Of a stretch of DNA of 64,000 nt, positions 9,110-19,177 are shown piece by piece. Source of the stretch: a bacterium (GTDB lineage Bacteria; Armatimonadota; UBA5829); NCBI GenBank assembly GCA_021371935.1, contig JAJFVF010000022.1, positions 220,419 through 284,418 on the forward strand, read 5' to 3'. The notes below the pieces were generated by a model, which saw only the letters and a list, made by a program, of their open reading frames with translations, made no database searches and was not told the DNA's origin. The position numbers and the translations under genes are program-made. The first letter of the stretch is position 1. Each line of letters starts with the position of its first letter.

Positions 9110-11713
9110 CTATCTAACTGCGCGGCTTCCCATCTGTGACCAGCCATTGTAAACTCCATAGACATCTTTGACATAAAGCCAGCATTTGCATTTCTTGCCG
9201 GACATAGACGGTTTCAGCTCAATGCTCCAATTGATCGCAAGTCCGTTTATATTGTTTTGCACAGTTGTGTTCTTGCAATATAGCTTGCATTGACTGTTCT
9301 CGATAACATAGTTGGAACCCGGCGTATAACCACCAATGTTCCTGCCACCTGTGTCATCTCTCAAATAAAGCCTGTCGGTCTGCACATTATACCAAACATA
9401 AACCGCATTTGACGTCGATTTTCTGTCGTTTATTAGGAGAGCGGCCATGCTGATTGACGAACAGCATGCAATATCAAAATAAACACTGCTGACCGTATAT
9501 ATGGCACCTGGACTGAAAGTGGCGCTCACGGGAATCAGACATACATTCCAAGGCTCGGTAAGCGGACGGAATGTATAATCACCGGCTTCGTCCCATCCTT
9601 TTGAGTTTCCACTGTTGTCCACCGCATAAAGCCATCCATAACAAACCTTATCTGCCATCGAAGGCTTCATTTCAATTACCCAGTTGATGGTGAGTGTGTT
9701 TCCACTCATGGATACGGTAGTATATTTGCAGCAGAGCTTACACTGACTGTTTTCTATAACCTCATCGGAACCGGGAGTATACCCCCCCATACTTATGCTG
9801 CCTGTATCATCTCTCAAGTAGAGTCTGCCTCCATAATAGATGCAATACACGGCATTAGTTCCATTTCTGGCCGTGTTTATCAGGAGTCGGACACTCTTGA
9901 TCGTTGACGCGCCCCCTGTGTCTGAGTGCTTGCTGACAAACGTATATTTCCAGTAACCTCTTAAATAGCCATCCGATGGAGTGAGACTGTCATTCGTAAT
10001 AACACTGCTGATCGTATAGACAGCTGACTTCACCGCACTGGGATTCATCCGACTCTTCCATGCCTTTGCCTTAAGAGTGAGCGAACTAGATACAGTCACC
10101 GATCCTCCAGATGCTATAACAGGGTCGCCGGTGGTAGGGTCATCACCGTCTGTGGTATAGTGAATCTCAGCTCCTGCAGTCGCGCAGGATATCGTAACTG
10201 CTTGAGGATTCGTATAGGTTCCGCCGTCCGGCAAGAAAGTCGGGGTGGAAACAGTTCCCGCTGCTGAAGCTGTATAGGCTTTCAAACAGGCGTTGGCATC
10301 ATAATAATTGAGGTCAAACCAACTATTTCCGTCCAGACTTGTAAAACTCTCATCCGGATTTGAGGTTGCCCTGCTGCTGTAATTTTCTATCGGATATTCT
10401 AAAGCCAGTGGATATGTACATCCCGGTGTTATTGTTTTTACCAACACAGTGAATTTGTGCCCATTCGTCACACTGACAGGCGAATTAAGTTTGATGGTGA
10501 CATAGCCCGGATTGGCAGCTGTTCCGGTCTGCGTCAGCCGCAAAGTGCCACCGGATATTGGACCGCTTGTTGGATCGGTATATACCCTTATCTCATAAGT
10601 CGTTGCCGGTACAACGGCATACCATCCTACCGCACTAATTGATGATGTGGATGTTGCAGTAAACTTGTTGGCAAACCAGACCGTCTCATTGTTATAGCCG
10701 TAATTTCCACACCAACCCAGTGTATCATACTGATATACAGCACTATAGTTGCTCGTAGGCTCAGTACCGACGCCGACCCAGTTTGATATGCCTATCAGTT
10801 TGTCATAGTAAGACACGTAAAAGAAACCATCATCACCCCAAGCGGTTCCCCAACTATTTTTTATTATAAATGCTCCATTGCCGGGCGCCGCAGGCGAAAA
10901 TTTGTTTTTATTGTAGTTGTCATCCCACCCGACAACACAAACCTTATGGTTGCCATTAGTTACGCCTCCCGTATAATAATAGGAATATGTAGCGGCATTG
11001 TATGAATCATCATCCCAATACATCCCAGTCGAAACCGCTCCATAGGTAACAACAGCTTGCTTGATGTCATTATTGTCCAGGGAACCGGTCCTATCAGGAA
11101 TGATGATACCATTCTGAAAGTGCTTCCGCACAGTGAGACCCAAAGGTGATGCACAGCTGTCGGGATTATATGGATCATCACTTTCGTTCACCGGTCCATC
11201 CCAACGCGCAAGGTAAGCCATCGCCTTAAGCTCTTGGCCGCCATCACAGCATCCACCATCAAATCCATTAAGATTTTTCATGTTGTTTTCTGAGAAGTCG
11301 CATTCCTCGCCGGGCATCAACACAGATTCCATTGAGCCCAAACTCGAAAATGTCCAACAACTCCCACATGAACCTTGATCCTCGACTCGTGTAAGCTTTC
11401 CCGTGTCACGCAGATCGTAATATGACGGCAGCGCAGCCTTGAGATCACCAAATATTTTCATTCCTTTAAGGTAAGACAAATCCACCGGCGCTGGGACGAA
11501 GCCCCGCGGAACTTCCTCCTCATTGACGCACATAAACCTGTCCATTCGTCCGGCGACATACTCGACAAATGCCGGATTCAATGGCGCGCGCTGCAAAGTC
11601 GGACCTGCCCCATGAACGCTTGAAACCGCCATGGAAAACATTGTAGTGAAGATGAAAACAAGACAAGTGAAGTACTTACGTGTTGCAGATAATCCCATTA
11701 CCGACGCCCCCAC
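9110..11713 (-). CDS. Secreted papain-family (C1) cysteine peptidase with large C-terminal extension including two tandem ~115-aa repeats
   Basis: Signal peptide; catalytic Cys motif QGSCGSCWTFSS; Asn/Trp region NSWGTAWGDDGFF. The C-terminus holds an Ig/chitobiase-C-like segment and a duplicated Cys-containing module (…LYLRDDTG…GGYTPGS…ENSQCKL…). Confidence 0.75.
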   Translation of the reverse strand: MGASVMGLSATRKYFTCLVFIFTTMFSMAVSSVHGAGPTLQRAPLNPAFVEYVAGRMDRFMCVNEEEVPRGFVPAPVDLSYLKGMKIFGDLKAALPSYYDLRDTGKLTRVEDQGSCGSCWTFSSLGSMESVLMPGEECDFSENNMKNLNGFDGGCCDGGQELKAMAYLARWDGPVNESDDPYNPDSCASPLGLTVRKHFQNGIIIPDRTGSLDNNDIKQAVVTYGAVSTGMYWDDDSYNAATYSYYYTGGVTNGNHKVCVVGWDDNYNKNKFSPAAPGNGAFIIKNSWGTAWGDDGFFYVSYYDKLIGISNWVGVGTEPTSNYSAVYQYDTLGWCGNYGYNNETVWFANKFTATSTSSISAVGWYAVVPATTYEIRVYTDPTSGPISGGTLRLTQTGTAANPGYVTIKLNSPVSVTNGHKFTVLVKTITPGCTYPLALEYPIENYSSRATSNPDESFTSLDGNSWFDLNYYDANACLKAYTASAAGTVSTPTFLPDGGTYTNPQAVTISCATAGAEIHYTTDGDDPTTGDPVIASGGSVTVSSSLTLKAKAWKSRMNPSAVKSAVYTISSVITNDSLTPSDGYLRGYWKYTFVSKHSDTGGASTIKSVRLLINTARNGTNAVYCIYYGGRLYLRDDTGSISMGGYTPGSDEVIENSQCKLCCKYTTVSMSGNTLTINWVIEMKPSMADKVCYGWLYAVDNSGNSKGWDEAGDYTFRPLTEPWNVCLIPVSATFSPGAIYTVSSVYFDIACCSSISMAALLINDRKSTSNAVYVWYNVQTDRLYLRDDTGGRNIGGYTPGSNYVIENSQCKLYCKNTTVQNNINGLAINWSIELKPSMSGKKCKCWLYVKDVYGVYNGWSQMGSRAVR

Positions 11714-11818
11714 CCTTAATTATTACCGCCTACCAAAGCGGCTATCATTTCCTCAGAGTTCCCATTCCGAGCGCCGATAAACCTGCATTATGCACTTTTT
11801 TTAGCCATGCAAGCTACT

Positions 11819-11892
11819 AACCCGGACTATGCGCATACCACATAATCCGGGTCTTTGAGAGCATTATTCACGTTCCTCGTGAATGATGCGGA
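11819..11892 (+). repeat. Double-hairpin intergenic repeat element, copy 1
   Basis: ACCCGGACTATGCG…CATAATCCGGG hairpin, then GTCTTTGAGA, then GCATTATTCACG…CGTGAATGATGC hairpin. About 85% identical to the copies at 14069, 33237 and 40529. Confidence 0.8.
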
Positions 11893-11972
11893 CTAAAGCG
11901 ATCGTTATACAAGTAAAAAACCTGGGGACAGCTATATGCAGACAGTAGCTTTTTTAGTGGCTCAGCAGTACA

Positions 11973-12422
11973 TCAAATTACTTCCAGCTTTTCAAGCATC
12001 TCGACGGCAAACTTATCTGCCTTCGTCTGCTTATAACGGCCGTTGCGTCCTTCGATGTGATCCAGATAGTGGGAGAATTCATGTAGAAAAATTGCGAGTG
12101 TGAGGTCTTCGGCATTATGAAACTGCTCTACACGCAGCTTCTGATATACCTGAGTCCGGCCCAGCCTATCCGTCTTCTCTACATACTCGGAGGTCTTGAA
12201 CTGAATTTTCATAGGATAATGGTTAAATCGATTGATCCTAAGACGTATCAGCCTGCCATGCTCGCGGCTCGGAGTCTTTCGATAATAAGTGCCGGATATA
12301 TAGCGGTTCGATCCTTTTGGGCAGTATTTGAGTTCCACCAGCAGACCATCTGTGGGATAGTCCGTAACCGCTTCCTTGAGAGCTGTGGATATATGCAGGT
12401 GCGTGTTATTAGCGATAATCAT
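11973..12422 (-). CDS. Small HExxH zincin-like protein (SprT/DUF45-like metal-binding motif), function unknown
   Basis: LHEFSHYLDHIEG (HExxH with downstream D/H/E). Overlaps the next gene by 4 nt. Confidence 0.35.
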   Translation of the reverse strand: MIIANNTHLHISTALKEAVTDYPTDGLLVELKYCPKGSNRYISGTYYRKTPSREHGRLIRLRINRFNHYPMKIQFKTSEYVEKTDRLGRTQVYQKLRVEQFHNAEDLTLAIFLHEFSHYLDHIEGRNGRYKQTKADKFAVEMLEKLEVI

Positions 12423-13711
12423 ACAGGCGGGAAACCCCTCCGGCCTGAAGAGTATAGCCTGTTCGTAAGATATGCGCCTATGAACGCCGTTATGAACACG
12501 CCAAAAAATGACCAGAGCATGGTTGGCTCATATTGGAGCTTGATAAATACTCCCGACGACACCTTTATACTGCCTGCACGGACCATCGACCGCCAGGCAA
12601 GTGTGCAGACAAACATGGTGATGCCGAGATATGCGGCATGGATTATCCCAATGCGCAAAGCTGTGGGCAGTGAACCATCCCGTGACCCCCAACGCACCGC
12701 CAAGGCACCCGAGATAAGCCCAATTATGGCCATCAGTCCGGCTCCTATATATGCTATGCTGCCGAATGGTATTACTTTTTCTTCTGCTTTCTTGTTCGCA
12801 GCAAGTTCGTTTTCATCTGAGGTTGTCGTTGCAGTGCGCAGTCGCAAGCCTTTATATAAATTAATTTCGGCTGCAAAGGGGCTCCTATCACCAGACACGA
12901 TTGCTGCGCGCAGCATGGCTCCATTGATAAGGCCATATGCTATGCCTGCGACAGTCGGCTGAAATTTGACTATCGCTCTGCCTGCTGGACCCTCAGGGTT
13001 TTCGGGACCCGTCTTTGAGATAAGCCAGGCCTGTGCGGCAATTGCAATTAAAAGCTGCAAGACAAGCATGATCGGTATTATGGATTTTCCGCAGACCCAC
13101 CAACGACTGACATGATGCCTTCTGTCAACTTTATGGATTGATAAATGACTGCCGATGTATGTGAAGATTACGCTGAACAGACCTGCAGCAAGCAATGTGC
13201 TTTTGAATGTCGGATGTAGAGGGAAACGTGGTGGGTCAAACTCATATCCGCCCGCTGAAGGCAGAGCGCCGGACTTGATCGACGCAGCAAAAAAACTGGA
13301 AAGCGCAGCCAGAACAAGCGCATATAGTATGCCTCCGATCACAGCCGGAGCAATTACACCAAAGCCTGTCGAACCCGCTCTCAGTCTGCCTGCTGCGTAA
13401 CCGGATACAAAAAGCGCCGCAATGGGGATGATTGCCCATGTGATTATCGGCAAGACTACATCAGCCGAAACCTTTGCGCCACCAAGAGTGCCACTGCCTT
13501 TAAGGGATGCATGTTGGATGGCACACAAATTCAGCCCTGCACGGGCAAACGCCGGGCCGCCATAATCCATTACATCGCCCGGAGAAGTGACATTAGCCAC
13601 ACCTGCCCTCAACAGGAAGAAGCATAAACCATAACCTATAGCCAATGCAACCACAGCCCCATATAGGGCCGCAATGATTGGGTTTACGGGTCTACTATCC
13701 ATCAATCTCAC
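12419..13711 (-). CDS. Polytopic integral membrane protein of unknown function (about 10 predicted TM segments)
   Basis: Many hydrophobic helices; no recognisable catalytic motifs. Co-operonic with the HExxH protein. Confidence 0.5.
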   Translation of the reverse strand: MRLMDSRPVNPIIAALYGAVVALAIGYGLCFFLLRAGVANVTSPGDVMDYGGPAFARAGLNLCAIQHASLKGSGTLGGAKVSADVVLPIITWAIIPIAALFVSGYAAGRLRAGSTGFGVIAPAVIGGILYALVLAALSSFFAASIKSGALPSAGGYEFDPPRFPLHPTFKSTLLAAGLFSVIFTYIGSHLSIHKVDRRHHVSRWWVCGKSIIPIMLVLQLLIAIAAQAWLISKTGPENPEGPAGRAIVKFQPTVAGIAYGLINGAMLRAAIVSGDRSPFAAEINLYKGLRLRTATTTSDENELAANKKAEEKVIPFGSIAYIGAGLMAIIGLISGALAVRWGSRDGSLPTALRIGIIHAAYLGITMFVCTLAWRSMVRAGSIKVSSGVFIKLQYEPTMLWSFFGVFITAFIGAYLTNRLYSSGRRGFPPV

Positions 13712-14000
13712 CGCCTGGTCTTTCTGCCCCGTACCGCACCCCAGGTTTTCAGCATCCTGCCCAAAACCATTATAGGATAATCCTCTTTAGGGTGCCCCCG
13801 GTCATGACTTAGTTGTCAAGAGACAAACATCCTTCATGAATTGTAAAACAGGCTTTCTGCAAGAAGCTCGCCGTTCCAACACATCATCATCGTCGGACTT
13901 AACCGGAAGACGCCGGGGCAAGAATGCCCCTCACAAGTGCTCCCGGGCTAAGAGTCCCCCGGATGATCAGGAAAAAGCAAATTACTCGCATTTATTATGC

Positions 14001-14030
14001 AAAAAACAGCCCCGGAAAAACCAGGGCTGT
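14001..14030 (-). terminator. Rho-independent terminator downstream of ABC ATPase gene and repeat copy 2
   Basis: ACAGCCCTGG-TTTTT-CCGGGGCTGT stem followed by TTTTTTG on the minus strand. Confidence 0.55.
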
Positions 14031-14068
14031 CTATCAAACCATCATACTATCTGACTATCACACTGTTA

Positions 14069-14143
14069 ACCTGGATTATGCGCCTCCCGAATAATCCGGG
14101 TCTCCAAGAGCATTATTCACGTTTTTCGTGAATAATGCGGGTT
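14069..14143 (+). repeat. Double-hairpin intergenic repeat element, copy 2 (abuts ABC ATPase stop codon)
   Basis: AACCTGGATTATGCGCCTCCCGAATAATCCGGGTCTCCAAGAGCATTATTCACGTTTTTCGTGAATAATGCGGG. Confidence 0.8.
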
Positions 14144-15239
14144 AGTAAATCGCCTTCTCAGTCCCTTTTTCAAACATATGCGTTTTGGCCATGTCGAAGA
14201 CGAGTTCGATATCCGAGCCTTCTTTTGCCTTGGTCTCGGCATCGATTGTGGCTTGCATCGCATGTGTTCCACACTGCAGATACAATGTCACGGTAGAACC
14301 CATCGGCTCGATCACCTCGACATCAGCTTTCACAACGTTGTCTGATGTCGCCTGGACGAGATTGGTCAGGTTTTTATCAAAAATGTCCTCGGGTCGGATG
14401 CCGAAATCGACCTCCTTGCCCACATATGCTTTCAACAGTTCGGCCTTATCCGCCGGCGGCTTGACTTTGAAACAGCCGCCATCGATCACGCCGCCATCTT
14501 CGATCTTGACCGAAAGGAAGTTCATGGACGGAGTGCCGATAAAGCCCGCTACGAACTTGTTTGCCGGTTTGTTATACAGCCCGAGTGGAGTATCCACCTG
14601 CTGCACCAACCCGCCACACATAACCATAATCCTGTCGCCCATTGTCATGGCCTCGACCTGGTCGTGTGTTACGTAAATTGTTGTGATACCCAGACTGCGG
14701 TGGAGCTTGATAAGGTCGGCACGGGTCTGAACGCGGAGTTTGGCGTCCAGGTTTGAAAGAGGTTCGTCCATAAGGAATACGGACGGCTCACGGACAATAG
14801 CTCTACCCAGCGCGACACGCTGTCTCTGGCCGCCCGAGAGCTGCTTCGGCTTCCTGTTGAGCAGATCAGTAAGCCCGAGCATCTCGGCAGCATCCGCCAC
14901 ACGGGTCTTTATATGTTCACGCGGGACCTTGCGCAGCTTCAACCCAAATGCCATGTTGTCAAAGACACTCATGTGAGGGTAGAGAGCATAGTTCTGAAAG
15001 ACCATTGCGATGTCGCGGTCTTTTGGTGATACGTCATTAACCACCCTGTCGCCGATAACCACTTCACCGGAAGTGATCTCTTCCAGACCGGCGATCATTC
15101 GCAGGCAGGTCGTCTTGCCACAGCCCGAAGGTCCTACGAAAACCATAAACTCTTTGTCTTTGATTTCGAGGTCCACATCATTGACAGCAGTGACTTCTTT
15201 GAAAGACTTGGTAAGATTCTTGAGGATGACTTGCGCCAT
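14142..15239 (-). CDS. Sugar ABC transporter ATP-binding protein (MalK/MsmK/UgpC type), orphan (no adjacent permease)
   Basis: Walker [10 protein letters not shown], signature LSGGQRQR, Walker [13 protein letters not shown]-terminal TOBE-like domain. Start chosen at MAQVIL (15239) after a strong GGAGGAA SD; the ORF track starts 18 nt earlier. Confidence 0.85.
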   Translation of the reverse strand: MAQVILKNLTKSFKEVTAVNDVDLEIKDKEFMVFVGPSGCGKTTCLRMIAGLEEITSGEVVIGDRVVNDVSPKDRDIAMVFQNYALYPHMSVFDNMAFGLKLRKVPREHIKTRVADAAEMLGLTDLLNRKPKQLSGGQRQRVALGRAIVREPSVFLMDEPLSNLDAKLRVQTRADLIKLHRSLGITTIYVTHDQVEAMTMGDRIMVMCGGLVQQVDTPLGLYNKPANKFVAGFIGTPSMNFLSVKIEDGGVIDGGCFKVKPPADKAELLKAYVGKEVDFGIRPEDIFDKNLTNLVQATSDNVVKADVEVIEPMGSTVTLYLQCGTHAMQATIDAETKAKEGSDIELVFDMAKTHMFEKGTEKAIY

Positions 15240-15437
15240 GTTAGAGGTTTCCTCCATCTTTGCTTCGGGCTTGTCCCCATTTTGCCGAAGCGGCTAAGTT
15301 AATTATTTCCCCGGGACAGGGGGCGGCATATGGACTGCCGCAGCCATATACAGATTATATGATGAGCAGCAAGGCCTGTCAAACAAAAAGACGTGATTAT
15401 ATCATCGTGCAACTTCTGATAGTTGATCGCTTAACAA

Positions 15438-15466
15438 TTGACTACCGAGCACTCAGCCCGTAATAT
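15438..15466 (+). promoter_or_regulatory. Putative sigma-70-type promoter for the yjbQ-like gene
   Basis: TTGACT – 17 bp – TAATAT. Confidence 0.35.
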
Positions 15467-15490
15467 GATATCATCACACACTTGGAGCGT

Positions 15491-15907
15491 ATGATGACGA
15501 CACACACGAAATATCTATGGTTCAATACGGATAAAAGGCGCGAACTGGTCAACATCACCGATCAGTGTCAGAATGCTCTGGAAGAAAGCGGCATTCAAGA
15601 AGGGATGATGCTGGTATCAGCCATGCATATCACCGCCGGGGTTTGGGTCAATGACAACGAACCCGGAATCTGGCAGGACGCAATGGACATGCTCGAAAGG
15701 CTCGCACCCGAAGGTCCAGATTATCGACATCACCGCACGGGTGAGGATAACGGCCATGCCCACCTCAAGAATCTGCTAATGCACCATCAGGTCATAATCC
15801 CGATAACCGACGGCAGGTTGGACCTGGGGCCATGGCAGACTATATTCTACGCCGAGTTCGACGGCCAGCGCAGAAAAAGAGTGATTATCAAGGTGATGGG
15901 AGAATAG
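15491..15907 (+). CDS. YjbQ/UPF0047-family protein
   Basis: [12 protein letters not shown]…HL… pattern of UPF0047. The ORF track starts at a TTG at 15482; the ATG at 15491 or 15494 is more likely. Confidence 0.7.
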   Translation: MMTTHTKYLWFNTDKRRELVNITDQCQNALEESGIQEGMMLVSAMHITAGVWVNDNEPGIWQDAMDMLERLAPEGPDYRHHRTGEDNGHAHLKNLLMHHQVIIPITDGRLDLGPWQTIFYAEFDGQRRKRVIIKVMGE

Positions 15908-16040
15908 AAAACAACTCGGTGTTGCGAGAGCAAGCAAGGCTCGGCGAGAGCCTCGCCCTCCCGCTATGCCGTTATTGATATGGACCAGTTCCAACTGAGT
16001 CGAAACCCAATCGGATTACCGAACACTACTGCGAACAACA

Positions 16041-17705
16041 TTATACTTCCATCACGACCGGCACAATCATCGGCCTGCGATGGGTCCGCTCATATATGAA
16101 CTTCGCCAGAGCCTTGCGGCAGCCCGCCTTGACATCATCCAGGCCTTCGAGCCCATTGTCCTCTATCAAGTCCTGGAGTGTTGTCAGGAGTACTGACTTT
16201 GCCTCTTCGGTGATCCCGACGCCCAATTCCTCGCCGACAAACCCGCGGGAGAGTATGTCAGGACCAGAGACAATCTCCTTGCGACCATGATCGATGCCGA
16301 TTACTGCTATCAGCACACCGTCCTGCGACAGATGCTTACGGTCGCGAAGGACTACGTCCTCGACATCCCCTACACCAAGGCCGTCGACCATTACAGTCCC
16401 GGCACTTACCTTCTCAGTGACCTCTGCGCTCTCACCATCGGTCTCAAAGACATCACCGGGATACATACGAAACACCCGCTCACTCGAATATCCCAGCCCA
16501 TCCGCCAGGTCAACGAACTTGGCATAATGCCTCTGCTCACCGTGGACGGGTATGATATACTTCGGCTTCAGAAGATTGAGCATCAGGCGAATATCTTCCT
16601 GATTGCCATGGCCGGAGACATGCACATGCGTATAAGGCTCATATATCACATCCGCGCCCTGCCTGAAGAGCCTGTTGATCGTGCGCATAATCAAGTCCTC
16701 ATTGCCGGGAATGGGAGTGGCGCTGATGATGACGGTGTCGCCTTCATCTATTTTGATCTGCTTGTGCTCATCGCTGGCCATGCGAGACAGAGCAGAGAGA
16801 GGCTCACCCTGGCTGCCCGTGGTCACAATAACAGTTTCACTCGGGCTCAGGTCATATAGCTCATTGAGCTGCAATCGTGTATCTTTCGGCACTTTCAGAT
16901 AGCCAAGCTCCTCGGCGATGCGGCAGTTTTCAGCCATACTTCGACCAACTACAGCCACTCGCCTGCCATGATGAGCCGCTATGTTATACACCTGCTGAAT
17001 ACGATGAATATTCGAGGCAAAGGCTGCGATAATTATCCTGCCTTTGGCAGCGGCGAAGATTTTCTCAAATGTATCGCCGACCATGCTCTCGCTCGGTGTG
17101 AAACCAGGCTTTTCTACGTTGGTCGAATCGCACAAAAACGCAAGCACGCCATCTTCGCCGATCTTCGCCAGGCGACTGACATCGGCCAAATGTCCGTCGA
17201 TCGGCGTCTGATCGAATTTGAAATCACTGCTGTGGACAATCGTGCCAACCGGCGTCTTTATCACCAGTCCTGAAGCATCGGGTATGCTGTGGGAAACACG
17301 AACGAACTCAACAGTGAACTCACCCACCTCTATGATATCACCCGAATTGACCTCATAGAGCTGTGCGACATCGTCCAGATGATGCTCACTGAGTTTATTC
17401 ATGACAAATCCCAGCGTCAGAGGAGTCCCCCAGACCGGCACATCCAACCTTCGCAGCACATACGGCAGCGCGCCGATATGATCCTCATGGCCGTGCGTTA
17501 GCACAATGCCCAGGATTTTCTCAGCATTCTCCTCAAGAAAAGTGGTGTCGGGGATTACTATGTCGACACCAAGCATGTCCTCGTCGGGGAACATCAGACC
17601 TGCGTCTACGATCAGTATCCGGTCGTTATATTGATAGGCGGTCATGTTCTTGCCTATCTCCATGACACCGCCAAGTGGGATTATCTGCAACTTCTGTGAA
17701 TCCAT
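16041..17705 (-). CDS. rnj: Ribonuclease J (metallo-beta-lactamase/beta-CASP)
   Basis: HGHEDHIGALPYV motif, beta-CASP region, length 554 aa and N-terminus MDSQKLQIIPLGGVMEIGKNM typical of RNase J. Confidence 0.9.
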   Translation of the reverse strand: MDSQKLQIIPLGGVMEIGKNMTAYQYNDRILIVDAGLMFPDEDMLGVDIVIPDTTFLEENAEKILGIVLTHGHEDHIGALPYVLRRLDVPVWGTPLTLGFVMNKLSEHHLDDVAQLYEVNSGDIIEVGEFTVEFVRVSHSIPDASGLVIKTPVGTIVHSSDFKFDQTPIDGHLADVSRLAKIGEDGVLAFLCDSTNVEKPGFTPSESMVGDTFEKIFAAAKGRIIIAAFASNIHRIQQVYNIAAHHGRRVAVVGRSMAENCRIAEELGYLKVPKDTRLQLNELYDLSPSETVIVTTGSQGEPLSALSRMASDEHKQIKIDEGDTVIISATPIPGNEDLIMRTINRLFRQGADVIYEPYTHVHVSGHGNQEDIRLMLNLLKPKYIIPVHGEQRHYAKFVDLADGLGYSSERVFRMYPGDVFETDGESAEVTEKVSAGTVMVDGLGVGDVEDVVLRDRKHLSQDGVLIAVIGIDHGRKEIVSGPDILSRGFVGEELGVGITEEAKSVLLTTLQDLIEDNGLEGLDDVKAGCRKALAKFIYERTHRRPMIVPVVMEV

Positions 17706-17730
17706 ACTTATTTCTAACTCAAATCCTTTT

Positions 17731-18024
17731 CTAGCGTGGTTTTATTAGCCTGCCGAGATCAGCAGCAGACTTTGTGGGAGTAAACTCGATTATATTATAG
17801 CGAGCAATCTGCTCGACATAATACGGATCATTTCGCAGTATCTCATCAACCTCATCCCTTGAATCCAGGTCAAGAAGTATAACCCCGCCGGTCCTCGGTT
17901 TCATAGGACCGGAACAGATGAAAATGCCCCGGTCATTGAGCTTATCCAGATATGCCAGATGCAAAGGTAGAACACGCTCCACTTCTTGCATCGGTTTTAT
18001 GTATGAGCCGTATATTACAAACAT
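17731..18024 (-). CDS. YciI-like (Dabb-fold) protein
   Basis: 97 aa with a YCII-like pattern (…ILRNDPYYVEQIARYNIIEFTP…). Confidence 0.55.
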   Translation of the reverse strand: MFVIYGSYIKPMQEVERVLPLHLAYLDKLNDRGIFICSGPMKPRTGGVILLDLDSRDEVDEILRNDPYYVEQIARYNIIEFTPTKSAADLGRLIKPR

Positions 18025-18117
18025 TGCATTTACTCTTCACTGATCATAGTTCTGTTTCACCGATGGCATGTGAGTCGGGGGCAAGAATACCCCCGACTAT
18101 CAGTCACTGTTCCCCAT

Positions 18118-18146
18118 TCCCTACTTCCTACTTCCTACTTCCTACT
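18118..18146. repeat. Tandem heptanucleotide repeat (CCTACTT)x4 between asd and the YciI-like gene
   Basis: ccctacttcctacttcctacttcctacttcac read directly. Confidence 0.8.
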
Positions 18147-19161
18147 TCACATATCCCCGCTCGATAGCCATCTCGGCAATCTGGACAGCGTTCAATGCGG
18201 CACCCTTGCGGATGTTATCGGCAACTACCCACAAATCCAGAGTGTTCGGGTTGCAAGTATCCTGGCGGATGCGGCCTACGTAGGTCGGGTCCGTGCCCTC
18301 AGCAAACAAAGGCATAGGGAAACGGCCTGCCGCAGGGTCATCGATCACTTCTATACCCGGCCAATCGGCAAGAGCCTTGCGCGCCTGATCAGCCGTAATA
18401 GGATTCTCGAACTCGACGTTGATCGTCTCAGAATGTGCCCGAAATACAGGCACACGCACACATGTAGCGGAAACTGCAAGTTCGTCTATACCGAAAATCT
18501 TGCGGGTCTCTTTTATCATCTTTATCTCTTCGCCGAAATAGCCGTCGAACTCACCTCTAAGAGTGCTGATCTGCGGGATCAGGTTCGCAAATATCTGAGC
18601 CGGGTAGACATCGTGAGTAATCTGTTTGCCTTCGGCATAATCCCTGGCCTGCTGCTCAAGCTCTTTGATTGCAGAGCTGCCACTGCCTGAGACGGACTGA
18701 TATGTCGAGACGACTATCCTCTTCATCTTGGCAATCTTATGCAGTGGTGCAAGGGCATGAACCATCTGAATAGTGCTGCAGTTCGGGTTTGAGACAAAAC
18801 CTTGATGTTTCGCCAGAGCGTCCGGGTTGACCTCCGGCACCACCAGCGGTACGCGCGGGTCCATACGGAAATCATCGCCATTATCGACCACGAATGCACC
18901 CTTTTCGACCGCCAGCCAGCCAAAGACCTGGCTCGCGCCCTTTGCACCTTCCGTGCCGGCAAAAAACGCTATGTCGATCCCATCGAATGCATCCGCTGTG
19001 GTCTCCTTGACCTGATACTCATCACCATCGATCATTTGTTTACGTGATGACCTGGCGAGAATAACAAGGTCCGACATCGGGAAACTGCGACCACGCAGCA
19101 CTTTGACCATTTCTTCGCCGACGGCACCAGCGCCGACGACTGCAACTCTGTAATCTGACAC
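18142..19161 (-). CDS. asd: Aspartate-semialdehyde dehydrogenase
   Basis: VAVVGAGAVG Rossmann motif, active-site region SNPNCSTIQMV, length 339 aa. Confidence 0.9.
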   Translation of the reverse strand: MSDYRVAVVGAGAVGEEMVKVLRGRSFPMSDLVILARSSRKQMIDGDEYQVKETTADAFDGIDIAFFAGTEGAKGASQVFGWLAVEKGAFVVDNGDDFRMDPRVPLVVPEVNPDALAKHQGFVSNPNCSTIQMVHALAPLHKIAKMKRIVVSTYQSVSGSGSSAIKELEQQARDYAEGKQITHDVYPAQIFANLIPQISTLRGEFDGYFGEEIKMIKETRKIFGIDELAVSATCVRVPVFRAHSETINVEFENPITADQARKALADWPGIEVIDDPAAGRFPMPLFAEGTDPTYVGRIRQDTCNPNTLDLWVVADNIRKGAALNAVQIAEMAIERGYVK

Positions 19162-19177
19162 TTCCTTAGATTTCCTC

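Noticed and set aside
13836-14054. 72-aa plus-strand ORF between the membrane-protein gene and repeat copy 2
   Set aside because: No SD, Ser/Arg-rich low complexity, and it overlaps a terminator hairpin.
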